From NCBI RefSeq assembly GCF_009914755.1, contig NC_060928.1: a DNA stretch of 64,000 nucleotides; one strand, written 5' to 3'. Both the position numbers and the translations under genes were made by a program. This DNA is from the human T2T-CHM13v2.0 reference genome, Homo sapiens. Under the pieces are notes generated by a model. That model was not told the origin of the DNA. It made no database searches and saw only the letters and a list, made by a program, of their open reading frames with translations. Below are positions 1 through 11,726 of the stretch, piece by piece; the first letter of the stretch is position 1; every line of letters begins with the position of its first letter.

Positions 1-633
1 GTGTCAAGAAGTGAAATTCTGTGCAGGTGGAAAAGGGGTAGAATAACAGGCAGAAAGGTATGATGAATGCTGTAGCTTCTGATATCAAGCAATGAGTTCA
101 CAGTGGGAAAATTCATCTAATACACAAACCAAGGCAGGATATAATGAAAGCTCAAGAAATGTGTGAAATAAAACCAGAGAAAAGAAAGATTTTATAAAGA
201 TACTGGAGATAAGCAATGCAACTTGTCTGTTGAATAAAGTACTTCAAAAGTCTGCTTCACCCCCAGACTTCTGAGTTCTACCATACCTTTTAAATTGAAC
301 GAATAGTCTTTGTTTGGCTTCAGCTATGACGTATTATTTGCCATAGGCTTCTATTCATGACAATATTGACAACTGCTCAAAGTTTTTTAGCCTAAATTCT
401 GTTCACATTGGCCACAATTGCTGTAAAAGCAGAGGCTTGAAGAAGACTTGAATAACACAATGAGTTAACAGGTAAGGGCAGCTGTTTGGAATCAATTATT
501 TTTGCTTTGATATCCATACACTTAGCTGGACCTCAATGGGTTTTTTTTTTGCTTTTTATACAGGGTCTTCTTCTGTTGCCCAGGCTGGAGTGCAGTAGGG
601 TACATGTCGTCAGGACCTCCTGAGGCTGTCATG

Positions 634-664
<31 letters not shown>

Positions 665-737
665 TGTATACACACACACACATACACGTAGCCTATAATC
701 CTAGCACTTTGGGAGGCCGAGGCAGGTGATCTCCCCG

Positions 738-782
738 CTATGGATATGACCTTATTTGGAAAAAGGGTCTTTGCAGATTAAG
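738..782 (+). repeat. Exact 45-bp direct copy of 1551-1595
   Basis: ctatggatatgaccttatttggaaaaagggtctttgcagattaag is present at both sites. Confidence 0.97.
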
Positions 783-849
783 GCAAGAAAAAGATGGAGA
801 GTTTTTGCCCTTGCACCAGGCTGCCTGCTGATCTCTGCATAGAGCTTTG
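781..849 (+). repeat. 69-bp direct copy of 2193-2261 (1 mismatch)
   Basis: aggcaagaaaaagatg(g/a)agagtttttgcccttgcacc...gcatagagctttg is present at both sites. Confidence 0.97.
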
Positions 850-1285
850 CATATATACAGTATGTATATATATACAGTATACTATATGTATATACACACT
901 TATATATACACTATATATGTGTATATATACATACATACTATACATACAGTATATATACAATGTATGTATATATACTGTATGTATATACTGTATATATAGT
1001 ATACGTGTGTACATATAATATATATAATATGTGTGTATTATATATGTATATATGTATATGTGTATATATACACACACTCCTGTATATATATATACATACA
1101 CACCTGTACATACATATATATGTAGAGATCAGCTGTTTGTGTGTATATATATATACACACATATATATACATATGTGTATATATATGCATATATATACAC
1201 ATATATACACATATGTATGTATATATATGTGTACATATACACACAGGTGTGTAAGTGTATATATATACAGGTGTGTATATATATT
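850..1285. repeat. Degenerate (TA)/(CA)/(TG) low-complexity tract
   Basis: alternating purine-pyrimidine dinucleotides; source of the Y/I/C/V-rich ORFs at 778-1505. Confidence 0.95.
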
Positions 1286-1328
1286 CATAGTTACGGGTGT
1301 TAGGACTTGGACATATCTTTTGGGGAGG
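1281..1328 (-). repeat. 48-bp inverted copy of 1513-1560 (4 mismatches)
   Basis: reverse complement cctccccaaaagatatgtccaagtcctaacacccgtaactatgaatat aligns ungapped to the MLT1 5' end. Confidence 0.93.
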
Positions 1329-1492
1329 CATGTATATATATACATGCCTGGATTAATAGGTAAAAAAACAGGATTATGGATAAATTCATTACTAAGCATT
1401 GACTATCAACTACCATTTAATACATACTCTCCAATCCCAATAACAACCTCTGCAGGTAGGTGTTATTATCCTCATTTTACAGAGATGGTAAT

Positions 1493-1934
1493 TATAACGG
1501 GTTGAATTGCACCTTCCCCAAAAGGTATGTCCAAGTCCTAACACCCCTAACTATGGATATGACCTTATTTGGAAAAAGGGTCTTTGCAGATTAAGTTTAA
1601 TTCAGGGAAGAATCTCAAGATTAGATCATCCTGGATGAGGGTGGGCCCTAAATCCAGAATAATGTGTCTTTGTAAAAGAAAAGATGGGAAGAAGAGACAG
1701 GAAGGTCATGTGAAGACTGAGGCAGAGATGTGTGTGCTGCCACAAACCAAAGAATGCTGGGATCCACCAGAAGCTGGAAGATTCTCCTCTACAGTTTTTG
1801 GAGGGAGTGTGACCTTACAGACAGACACCTTGATTTCACACTTCTGGTCTCCAGAACTGAGAGAATCAATTTCTGTTGTGTTAAGTCCTTAAATTTGTGG
1901 TGATTTGTGAAGGCATCCCTAGGAAACAAATACA
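1493..1934 (+). mobile_element. MaLR solo LTR, MLT1B/C-like
   Basis: 5' gggttgaattg...gaccttatttggaaa; 3' ccctaggaaacaaataca; degenerate TSD gtaat/gtaag. Confidence 0.85.
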
Positions 1935-2833
1935 GTAAGTAAAGGGGGTCTTGACTTCAGGGACGGAGAAAGTAGGTTCCTACCTAGGTTTAAGTCTCAA
2001 GGAATGGAGGAGGGAGGAGAGGTGAGGAGAGTGAAAGAGAGACAAGGAGAGCGGCAAGTCGGGACCAACTTTCCCCGACTTGAGACAGGGTCAGGATCAC
2101 CCTACATTTCTTCTCTTCCCTCACCCTCCTCCATCACTGCAAAGATGAGCCTTTGTTACCCTGGGGAGCCTGTGTTGGCTCTCCTGCCTTTTAGGCAAGA
2201 AAAAGATGAAGAGTTTTTGCCCTTGCACCAGGCTGCCTGCTGATCTCTGCATAGAGCTTTGTCATTTACCATGCAGTTTCATGCTCACAATCACTTTCAA
2301 CCCTGAGAAGAACCCATCTTCCTGATGAGAAAGGTGAAGCACAGAAGCACTTGCTCAAACTTATATGTGTTCGTGCTGCTCTCAATCGAAGACTCCAAAT
2401 TCCATTTTATTACCATTGCACCATACAGCTGTGGACGAATAATTCTTCCGTAACAGTTAAAACAAAACCAAACCAAAACCATTTTGTGGAGTTTGTTCAT
2501 GAGCACCAAAAATCACTGGAGAGTGTGTGCACTCAGCACACGCAAAGTTGTGTGTATTATCTCCCTTGTGGGGTAAACTTTGGTACAAGGATTTAGCCTT
2601 CCTTAGTTATCTTGGTTTGAGGAAATAAAAGGAAAATAAGAGTTTTGCCTGAACATATGGTGTTAAATATGCCAATATAATATTTGAAGTTTTGCACTCA
2701 ATATATATAGTGTTTGAAAGCAAGGACTTTGGGCAGCTTTCGGTAGTTGCGTTTTCCGTGTTTTTCTAAACTAGCCAACCTTACAGAGGTTTAATTTTGA
2801 GAAACCAAGCTCCTAACACTTCTTCATTCATAA

Positions 2834-3134
<301 letters not shown>

Positions 3135-4573
3135 CATAACCTGGTTTTAATCATCAAGTTATAATTTTTTCCGTTCTTAGTGTGGGAGGGGGCTTGTGAC
3201 AGCTACCTGGCAGTAAGTACTTAAGGCAGACATCTACATTCTTTACAGAGGGGCTTGTCACTTCGTTGGCTCCCCACTTCCTCCACACCCTGGGCAGGGA
3301 CCATTTTCTCTGCAATATTTGCTATCAGCGCTGTTTCAATTCAGTTTGCTGGCCCTCTCAGTTTTTTTCCAGCTTGAAACAACACCTGAAAAGTACCTGT
3401 AAGAGATTTTGGTCGAATTCAGCGGCAATCTGGAAAATCCCTTCTCAAAATCCCTTCTGCTCATTCTTAAAAATAGTTCTGGTCTCTAAGAGAACAGCAA
3501 TGTAGTAAATAACATACAGGGTTTTGCCCTTCGTTGCTCTGATAAGGGCTGGCGCGGTAGAAGCGCGGAGCCTGAACACCCAGGAGACACCTGTCAGCTT
3601 GGTGAATGAAGGCTTGCGCCGGCCTGGCATTTCTGCTACGCCTAAGCGCGGATAGTATTGGCTGAATGGTAGGGGAAGGTGTGGTTGGAATCTTCCCCCA
3701 GAAAGGGAGTGACAGATACTTAGCCGCAGGGTTTCTGTGCCAGGGAGATGGCGGCTCAGTGGGCTAGGCAACGCGTGGAGAGAGCTTCCTACTCTCGGGA
3801 TAAGCAAGATTGAGCCCCACAGCTGTAGGCCATGTGGGGAAGGAGGTGTGGAAGCCAGAAGCGGCGTACACGGCTGCGTGGTGCGCTCTGCGTTTTCCTG
3901 TCCTTGGAAGCCCTTTCCAAGAGTTCGTTTTACACCCACACAAACAAGACCTCAAGCGTCCCAGATACGTCAGCAGTTCATTCTGCGGGTGAAGAAAATA
4001 TTGACATTTTTCAGATGAAAACTCTCCTCCTGAAAGGACCTTTGCTGAGTGCTGGGGGAGGCGGGGCGCGGGGAAGAACGGAGACCGCCCAGGAGGCTGC
4101 GGCACTCCTGGGCTAAGTACTGCCAGGGAGCTCCCCCGTTGGGTGACGGAGGAGGTGGGGCGAGGGCAGCGCGCAGAAATAGGGCGCTGGGCGCCCGAGC
4201 GCAGCCAGCTTCCAGCACAGCCCGCGGCCCGGTGCCAGCTCCGCCGGCGACCGGTGTGCCAAAGTGCGGTGCTCCCGCAGGGAACCTGGCTCGGGGAGGG
4301 CCTCCGTGAGTCATCTGCTGAGTTGTCGCAATCGCCACCCAGAGGAAATCAGGCACCGGGCGGGGCGGGTTCCTGGCTGCGCTCGCGCGCTCTGCCCGCG
4401 CCGCGGTGTGCCTCCGCTTACCCGCAGCTCCGACCACTGGCTCGCGCTACCCAGGTCTCCGCACGCCGCGGTGGCTTCAGCCCAGACCTGGGCAGCCAGC
4501 GGAGAAAGAGTTAACTGGCAGGGGCGAGGAGGAGCCCAGGGAGGAAGGAAGGATATTGCCGTAATTCTGAAAG

Positions 4574-4610
4574 TTTTTTTCCTTCCTCTCTTCCCTTCGC
4601 AGAGGTGAGT
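4574..4610 (+). promoter_or_regulatory. Splice acceptor in the 5' leader followed 2 nt later by a consensus donor
   Basis: 25-nt pure pyrimidine tract 4574-4598, then gCAG ending 4602, then AG|GTGAGT. Confidence 0.65.
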
Positions 4611-4721
4611 GCCGGGCTCGGCGCTCTGCTCCTGGAGCTCCCGCGGGACTGCCTGGGGACAGGGACTGCTGTGGCGCTCGGCCCTCCACTGCGGACCTCT
4701 CCTGAGTGGGTGCGCCGAGTC

Positions 4722-4862
4722 ATGGAGGGCGCAGAGCTGGCCGGGAAGATCCTTTCCACCTGGCTGACGCTGGTTCTCGGCTTCATCCTTTTACCTTCGG
4801 TCTTCGGAGTGTCTCTGGGCATCTCCGAGATCTACATGAAGATCCTAGTGAAAACTTTAGAG
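4722..4862 (+). CDS. GPAT3: GPAT3 coding exon 1 (aa 1-47, includes first hydrophobic segment)
   Basis: gtcATGg strong Kozak at 4722; MEGAELAGKILSTWLTLVLGFILLPSVFGVSLGISEIYMKILVKTLE matches the GPAT3 N-terminus as I recall it; donor GAG|GTGAGT; phase 0. Confidence 0.97.
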
Positions 4863-5687
4863 GTGAGTGCCGGGAGGGATGCAGCCAGCCCCACACCGCT
4901 GCGGGCTGAGAACCCGGGGGTCCAGTTCTCAAGGTCAGTGGTCGCGAGTCAGGGGTGTGTGTGCGCGCGTGTGCATGCGTGCGTGCATTTCTGTTCCTTG
5001 CCCGCAGCAGTGCGAAAGTCAGCATCTCGGCTTCTTTCGCGGAGCTGGAGGGATCTAGGCTGGAACCACTGGACCACTCTGTTGTTTCTCTGGTCGAAGG
5101 CGAAAAAATCATTCCACTCCCTGAGCATCGTTATTATTTTACTGATTAGAATAACAACAATGCGACCAACTTTTTGTATCAGAGGATTTGCTTATATCCA
5201 TTATGCAGTGCAGTTTCCGCTTCACCCGCTTGTTTTTACAGCCCCAGGTTTCAGAGGTCCTTTTGTGTACTAAGGCATCCAGTTCAGAAAGGCATCATGT
5301 TCTTCTTTATGCCCAAGATAAGAGACCAATTGCTGGATGGCAGAAAGAAATCTTATTTTATTTTAGTGGAGTCATGGAAATTTTATCTAACCAACAGCAC
5401 TTGAAATGCCATTGAAAAGGTATATATTCTTTGACCTCAGGTCTCCCTACCCTCCTGTTTCCAAATCCTGCAAAGAAAAATGTTAGATGGAAGTAGGCCT
5501 GGTAGAGAACAACTGCAGCTTACTCTTAGGGTTTTATTAAGTGTCAAAAGGCTGGGTAGGGTAGGGAGGGCAAGTGCCAACCCCCTTTTACAGAGAGGGA
5601 AACTGAGAGTCAGAGATCAGTGGTTTCTTTGAATTAAGTGTTAGAAGCAGGAGTCTTTTTTTAAAAAAAAATTTAATTATATGTATA

Positions 5688-5729
<42 letters not shown>

Positions 5730-5736
5730 TTAACAT

Positions 5737-5853
5737 AAGAGACAGGGTCTTGCTATCTTGGCTAGGCTGGTCTTGAACTCCTGGCCTCAAGCAATCTTCC
5801 TGCCGTCACCTCCCAAAGTGCTGGGATTAAAGGTGTGAGCCCCACGCCTGGCC
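5737..5853 (-). mobile_element. Alu monomer (FLAM-like) beside (TG)n at 5691-5725
   Basis: agagacagggtcttgc...cccaaagtgctggga...cctggcc. Confidence 0.85.
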
Positions 5854-5874
5854 AGAAACAGGCATCTCAACTGA

Positions 5875-6130
5875 GAAGAGGCCCTGCAGCCTAGTGGTTA
5901 GGATTAGGGACCCTGGATACAGGTTTGCTTAGATTTGGTACCAAAATTGTAGCTCTGTTTCTCAAAATGTGACCTTAGGGAGGTCATCTACTCTTGTGCC
6001 TCATTTTCTGTATCTATAAAATAGGAGTAACAATAACTCCTATTTCCATAGGGTTGTTCAAATGAGTTAAAAGGTATCAAGCACCTTAGAAGGCTGCCTG
6101 CACCTACTGTATGAATGCTTGTTGCTATTA
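5875..6130 (+). mobile_element. MIR SINE
   Basis: gcagcctagtggttag...tgtgaccttaggg...gtgcctcattttctgtatctataaaatagg...gggttgtt. Confidence 0.7.
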
Positions 6131-7974
6131 AAAGAATAATATGATTACTGAGATTCTGGCATTCCACAGTGCCTTCTAATAAGTTTGGTTCCCATTTTTG
6201 TGACCTGTTTTCTCTCTGCCCTTAGGACGTGGCTTTATCTGCTCTTCTTTCTCAGCTAATTGGGTGGCTCCCAGGTATACATCTCTAACCCACTGGACAT
6301 TGTCTTGTACTTGCTAGCCTCCTGTATTGCCCTAGACTCTTGTTTGTGGCTATTTCTTTGCCTAGACTTTGAAGTTGTATGTGATTCTTCATCCTCAGTG
6401 CTCATGTTTTTAAAGTTCTACTGTTTCTACTTGGGAGCTATTTCTCAGTTTTGAACTCTTCTTATTGACTTTACATTCTGAGCTTGGTCACATTATGCTG
6501 TGAATTTCTTGACTGCTTCCTAATGTGAGATCTTCAGAATCCTCTCCCATAGCAGATGATCCTCTTCAGCTGGTGTTCCCTCTTTCTCTGAACTCTGAAA
6601 TGATTGAACTGCTCTCTCATACAGCAATGTCTTTTGGAATTTATACCCTGTGTAAGAATGGTGTAAAGGTAAATCACACCCACTGGCTTCCAGGGGCTCA
6701 CTTCTGTCTGTTTTTCTTTAGTAACTCAAGGTCAGCTAAGGACGGAGGCCAGCTAGTTGCTGTCAGCCTGGCAAATTATTATACCTGATAGGATGATCTC
6801 CAGTCCAGGATCTGACTTTCAGTTTGACAGGCCAGAGATTTTAATTTTTGTCCTTCTGGATAACTCCAGAGCTGAACTCCTTGTCAATCAAACTGACAAG
6901 AATGCCAGTTTTCTAATTCTGGTGGGAGAAACCAGATAACTTGGAAACCAGGTAGGTGACACATCAGGAACCCACCCTGTCTGCTGAGACTAAGTTATTA
7001 GGTCAAAGAGATGCTTGATATATGTGGAATTTGAATACAGATTCATTGTGTGAGCCAGCTCTGATTTGTTGGTTGCGGCTGCCTGGAACTCCTATGTTTG
7101 GGAGCATCTGAGCTCATCAGGAAAGAGAGCTGTGATCCCATAGTGATTTCTGCTTTAGGTGCAGGAGAACAGTAACCCAGGATCCTCTATCCTTCAACTA
7201 GAACAGTGTTAGATGTTTCAAAGACATTTCTGTTAGACTGGGGTTAATACGGTGGATTGCTTTTCTCAACTATAGGAATAATTCCTTAAGGGATTATGCT
7301 GATGTTTAGCATTAGAACATCTTCAGTGCTGGCCAAATACCCTGCCTTTCTGTAGATTGCATTCAAGGCCTAGCCCTTGTATCACTCCTTGGTAAATTCT
7401 TAATTGATTTAGTTGTATTTTTCTTTACATTTCATTCCCAAGAATATTCTTTGGGCTCTGATCATAATTGGATATTTCTCAAGTTTCTTTGCTTATAATT
7501 TATGTACCATTTAAAAAGATCATTTAGTTTTGTCTATTATATGTTTACTTTGACAAGTTTTACTGTCAATGGGTGACTTTCTCATGACAATAAACTCAAA
7601 TTCTAGAAGTTGAAATGTGTGTAGGGTACCCTCTAAATTGCTGATTTTGGTAATTGTTACTTGTTAACTCACTGAACTTTATGCTCTTCTCTGACTCCTT
7701 CTTAACCCACTGGTTCAAGTAATTATCATTTATTGAGCACCTACTTCTATTTTCTTCTGCATTGCTGGGTATCTCTAGATGTATGCGTAAGTCACTGATA
7801 TGGCAAGATACTTGAGGATAAGCCTTGAATACTTAGCTTGGAATAAGTTTAGTGATTCTCCAAGCCAGTGATTTTCAAGGGATATATGATAATTTGTTGG
7901 ATACGTATGTTAATATTACAGCTTTATAGTCGAGAAAATTGTTTTAGGAATACAAATTATGAAGAGTAAAACTT

Positions 7975-8280
7975 GGCCAGGTGCGGTGGCTCACGCCTGT
8001 AATCCCAGCACTTTGGGAAGCCGAGGCAGGTGGATCACTTGAGATTAGGAATTTGAGACCGGCCTAGCCAACATGGTAAAACCCCATCTCTACTAAAAAT
8101 ACAAAAATTAGCCAAGCATGGTGGTGTGCACCTGTAATCCCAGCTGCTCAGGAGGCTGAGGCTGAGAATCACTTGAACCCGGGAGGCAGAGGCTACAGTG
8201 AGCCAAGATCACGCCACTGCGCTCTAGCCTGGGTGACAGAGCAAGACTCCATCTAAAAAAAAAAAAAAAAAAAAAAGAAA
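7975..8280 (+). mobile_element. Alu (S-type)
   Basis: ggccaggtgcggtggctcacgcctgtaatcc ... A-tail. Confidence 0.95.
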
Positions 8281-8769
8281 TCAGACTTAAAGCCATTTCT
8301 TTTTGGTGAATTTTGGACAGCTACCTTTTTCCCTCCAAGAGGATTTGGAAATTAGGTGGAAAGAGAACTTGGTTGATAAGTATCTTTCAACTTTCCTTGG
8401 GGGGCAGAGAATGTGGGTTGTTAGAAGCCACTTTTGTACTTTAGGACCATTTCGCTGACAGAGCTGCCTCTTTTGTGATGCCTTGAGACAGATATGTTCT
8501 GAGATACCCCTGTAAGAGATTCAGAACATCTGAAAGAGATATTCTGTCTTTGTATTTGGGTGGATCTGATTGGCTAGAGAAGCTGGCATGGTAAAAGAGA
8601 AATAGCTATTTATGGGGAGAAGCACTGGACAGTCTGGAAAAAACTGGCCATTGCAGAGGCCTAAAATATGGAATATAGGGAAGAGGAGGCTACTTTGTGG
8701 CCTACTGTGTGGTAGGCAGCAGCTACATTATCTCTTTTGGCCTTTATGGCCACCCTTGGTATTGTCCCT

Positions 8770-9088
8770 GTTTTATTTTTATTTTATTTTATTTCTTTTT
8801 GTGAGACAGAGCCTCGCTCTGTCACCCAGGCTGGATGGAGTGCAGTGGCACAATCTTGGCTCACTGCAACCTCCCCCTCCCGGATTCAAGTGATTCTCCT
8901 GCCTCAGCCTCCTAAGTAGCTGGGATTACAGGCAGGAGCCACCATGCCTGGCTAATTTTTGTATTTTCAATAGAGATGGGGTTTCACTATGTTGGTCAGG
9001 CTGGTCTCCGACTCTTGTCCTCAAGCGATCTGCCCGCCTTGGCTTCCTAAAGTGCTGGGATTACAGGCATGAACCACCATGCCTGGCT
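8770..9088 (-). mobile_element. Alu (S-type) next to a MIR remnant
   Basis: dimeric Alu; TSD ttgtccctgtttta; MIR-like 9095-9210 follows. Confidence 0.93.
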
Positions 9089-9337
9089 TTGTCCCTGTTT
9101 TAGAGATGATGAAATGGATGCCCCAAGACGTTAAAGTCTCTTGTCTGATGTCTGAGATGATTACAGCCAGGAAGTGGCAGAATTGCAATTCAAATCTATA
9201 TCTATCTAGCTGCAAGGCACAGGCATGTTTTTACTTTCACCGGGCATCAACCTGTAGAAGAAAAGGGTTTTCTAGTGCAAATTCCCTTAGGCACTAAATG
9301 TCTGCTTTTTCAACCTTAAACTTAAACTTTGCATATC

Positions 9338-9630
9338 TTTTTTTTTTTTGAGGCAGGGTCTCCCTGTCACCTAGCCTGGAGTGCAGTGTCATGATGACAG
9401 CTCACTGTAGCCTCGACCTCCTGAGCTCAAGCAATCCTCCTGAGTGGCTGGGCCCACAGACGTGTACCACCATGCCCAACTAATTTAAAACCTTTTTTTT
9501 TTTTTTTTTTTTGTAGAGACAAGGTTTCACCCTGATGCCCAGATTGGTTCGAACTCCTGGACTCAAGGGATTTTCCTGCCTTGGCCTCCCAAAGTATTGT
9601 GATTATAGGCATGAGCCACAGTGTCTGGCC
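9338..9630 (-). mobile_element. Alu (J-type)
   Basis: agctcactgtagcctcgacctcctgagctcaagcaatcctcc J-type diagnostics. Confidence 0.9.
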
Positions 9631-9779
9631 TAAAATTTGCTTATCTTAACACAGTAATTGTGTTATGCAGGGTAGACCTTTAGAGCTATCATTTCAGGAG
9701 ATGGAATGCATTCTGAAACTTGTCTGGTGCCAAAACATGGAGTGCTTTTGAGCAGATCATGCTATTTGAGGAATATCAC

Positions 9780-10195
9780 TGTATTAGTTTGCTGGAGCTG
9801 CCATAACAAAGTACCACAGACTGGTGGCCTAAACAACAGAAATTTATTTTCTCAGTTCTTGTAGCTAGAGGTTCAAGATCTAGATGTCAGCAGGTTTAGC
9901 CTCATTCTGAGGCCTCTCTCCTAGGCTTGGATGTGGCCGCCTTCCAGCAAGAAGGTGTAGTAGTATCCTCACGTGGCCCTTTCTCTCTGTGCTCACATCC
10001 TTGTGTCTATTTGCATGTCCAAGTTTCCTCTTCTTACAAGGACATCAGTCAGATTGGATTAGGGCCCACCCTAAGGGCTTCTTTTTAACTTAGTCACTCT
10101 TTAAAGACCCTATCTAAATATAGTCACATTCTGAGGTACTGGGGGTTAGAGCTTCAACATATGAATTTCGGAGGGACATAATTCAGCCCATAACA
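9780..10195 (-). mobile_element. MaLR solo LTR, MLT1-type
   Basis: tgtattagtttgctggagctgccataacaaagtaccacagactgg ... attcagcccataaca termini. Confidence 0.85.
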
Positions 10196-10744
10196 GGCAC
10201 GGAATACCAGCATTTTCCATCATATGAGCATGGAATAATGGTTCTAGTCTAAGATAACTACTATTTGTATAAAATATAAAATCACTTGCCCACAGTGAAA
10301 AAAAGTGAGTCTGAGATTAACAATGATTGTTTACAAAATTTTATTTTAATCATATCTGGTTTACTTACAAATGATAATAGGCACTAAAGCTTTAAGTAAA
10401 AAACTATGGAAACAGTTACCTCAGTTGAGAAAAGCTGAGTGGTATTAGTCCAGAGTTTGAGAACTCCTGCACTAAATCCGCAAAAGATAACAGGATGCAA
10501 TCAGATTAAGACCGAGTCTTATGATTTAGTCACTTGTCACTGGAAGTTGGGAGATTGGCCTCTATTTATAGGCTGTTCTCTAAGTGCAAATGGCATGTTC
10601 TTGTTTGGCTCTGTGGGTTGTTTTGAAGGGGTCCTGACGTAGTCAGATATCATGCGTTACTCCCTGACCTTGATGTACGTTTTAGGTTATTTATTCTCTA
10701 TCAGTTATGTTCTTATTTATTTGAAAAAAATTTTAACCTCTCTA

Positions 10745-11367
<623 letters not shown>

Positions 11368-11726
11368 TTTTGTCTCTGCCCCTTCAAGGGTGCTTATGTT
11401 CAATAATAATTATTACAGTACTTTTTAGTATAAAAGCCCTTGGGATTCTCTAGAATGAGAGACTTGAAAAGTTCACTAGCAGTTTTTGAACTATGATGTT
11501 AATAGTGAATAATTTGGGAAATGTGTAAAAAATGTATAAAGAAAAAAATAAAAAAATCACATCTGGGTACGTTTCTTTATACTCCTAGGTATATTCAAAA
11601 CAAAGTGAGAGTTGTTTTCCAGTTCTTAAATTCCCTCAAATCTGTAGATCTTCATAATTGTAACATTTTCCTATGCATCTTCATAAGTAACCATGTGGAC
11701 AGATCATTTTCCGTAGTTCATGATTT

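Larger units (their letters stand above)
3540..5100. promoter_or_regulatory. GPAT3: CpG-island promoter and first-exon region of GPAT3
   Basis: sharp rise in GC and CpG; GC boxes at 4058-4067 and 4358-4369; inverted CCAAT (ATTGGCTGA) at 3657-3665; AP-1 TGAGTCA at 4307-4313; no clear TATA box; boundaries approximate. Confidence 0.9.

Noticed and set aside
738-849. Idea that the fused copy is a spliced cDNA (donor 2 follows an acceptor-like ctcctgccttttag)
   Set aside because: A GT-AG splice of gattaa|gt to ag|gcaag gives gattaagcaag, but the copy reads gattaaggcaag. There is also no TSD or downstream poly-A, so microhomology fits better.
1326-1349. Palindrome resembles a p53 element (two CATG cores)
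   Set aside because: Each half-site has a mismatch and there is a 4-bp spacer; a fold-back junction explains it better.
778-1505. Six overlapping 74-181 aa ORFs rich in Y/I/C/V/H/T
   Set aside because: Translations of the TA/CA/TG tract, which rarely yields stops in any frame.
3445-5149. Many 60-160 aa ORFs on both strands
   Set aside because: Expected from stop-codon scarcity in a CpG island; no recognisable protein.
4605-5273. 222-aa ORF as a single-exon gene
   Set aside because: It is GPAT3 exon 1 reading through a consensus donor into intron 1; there is no support for the intronic part.
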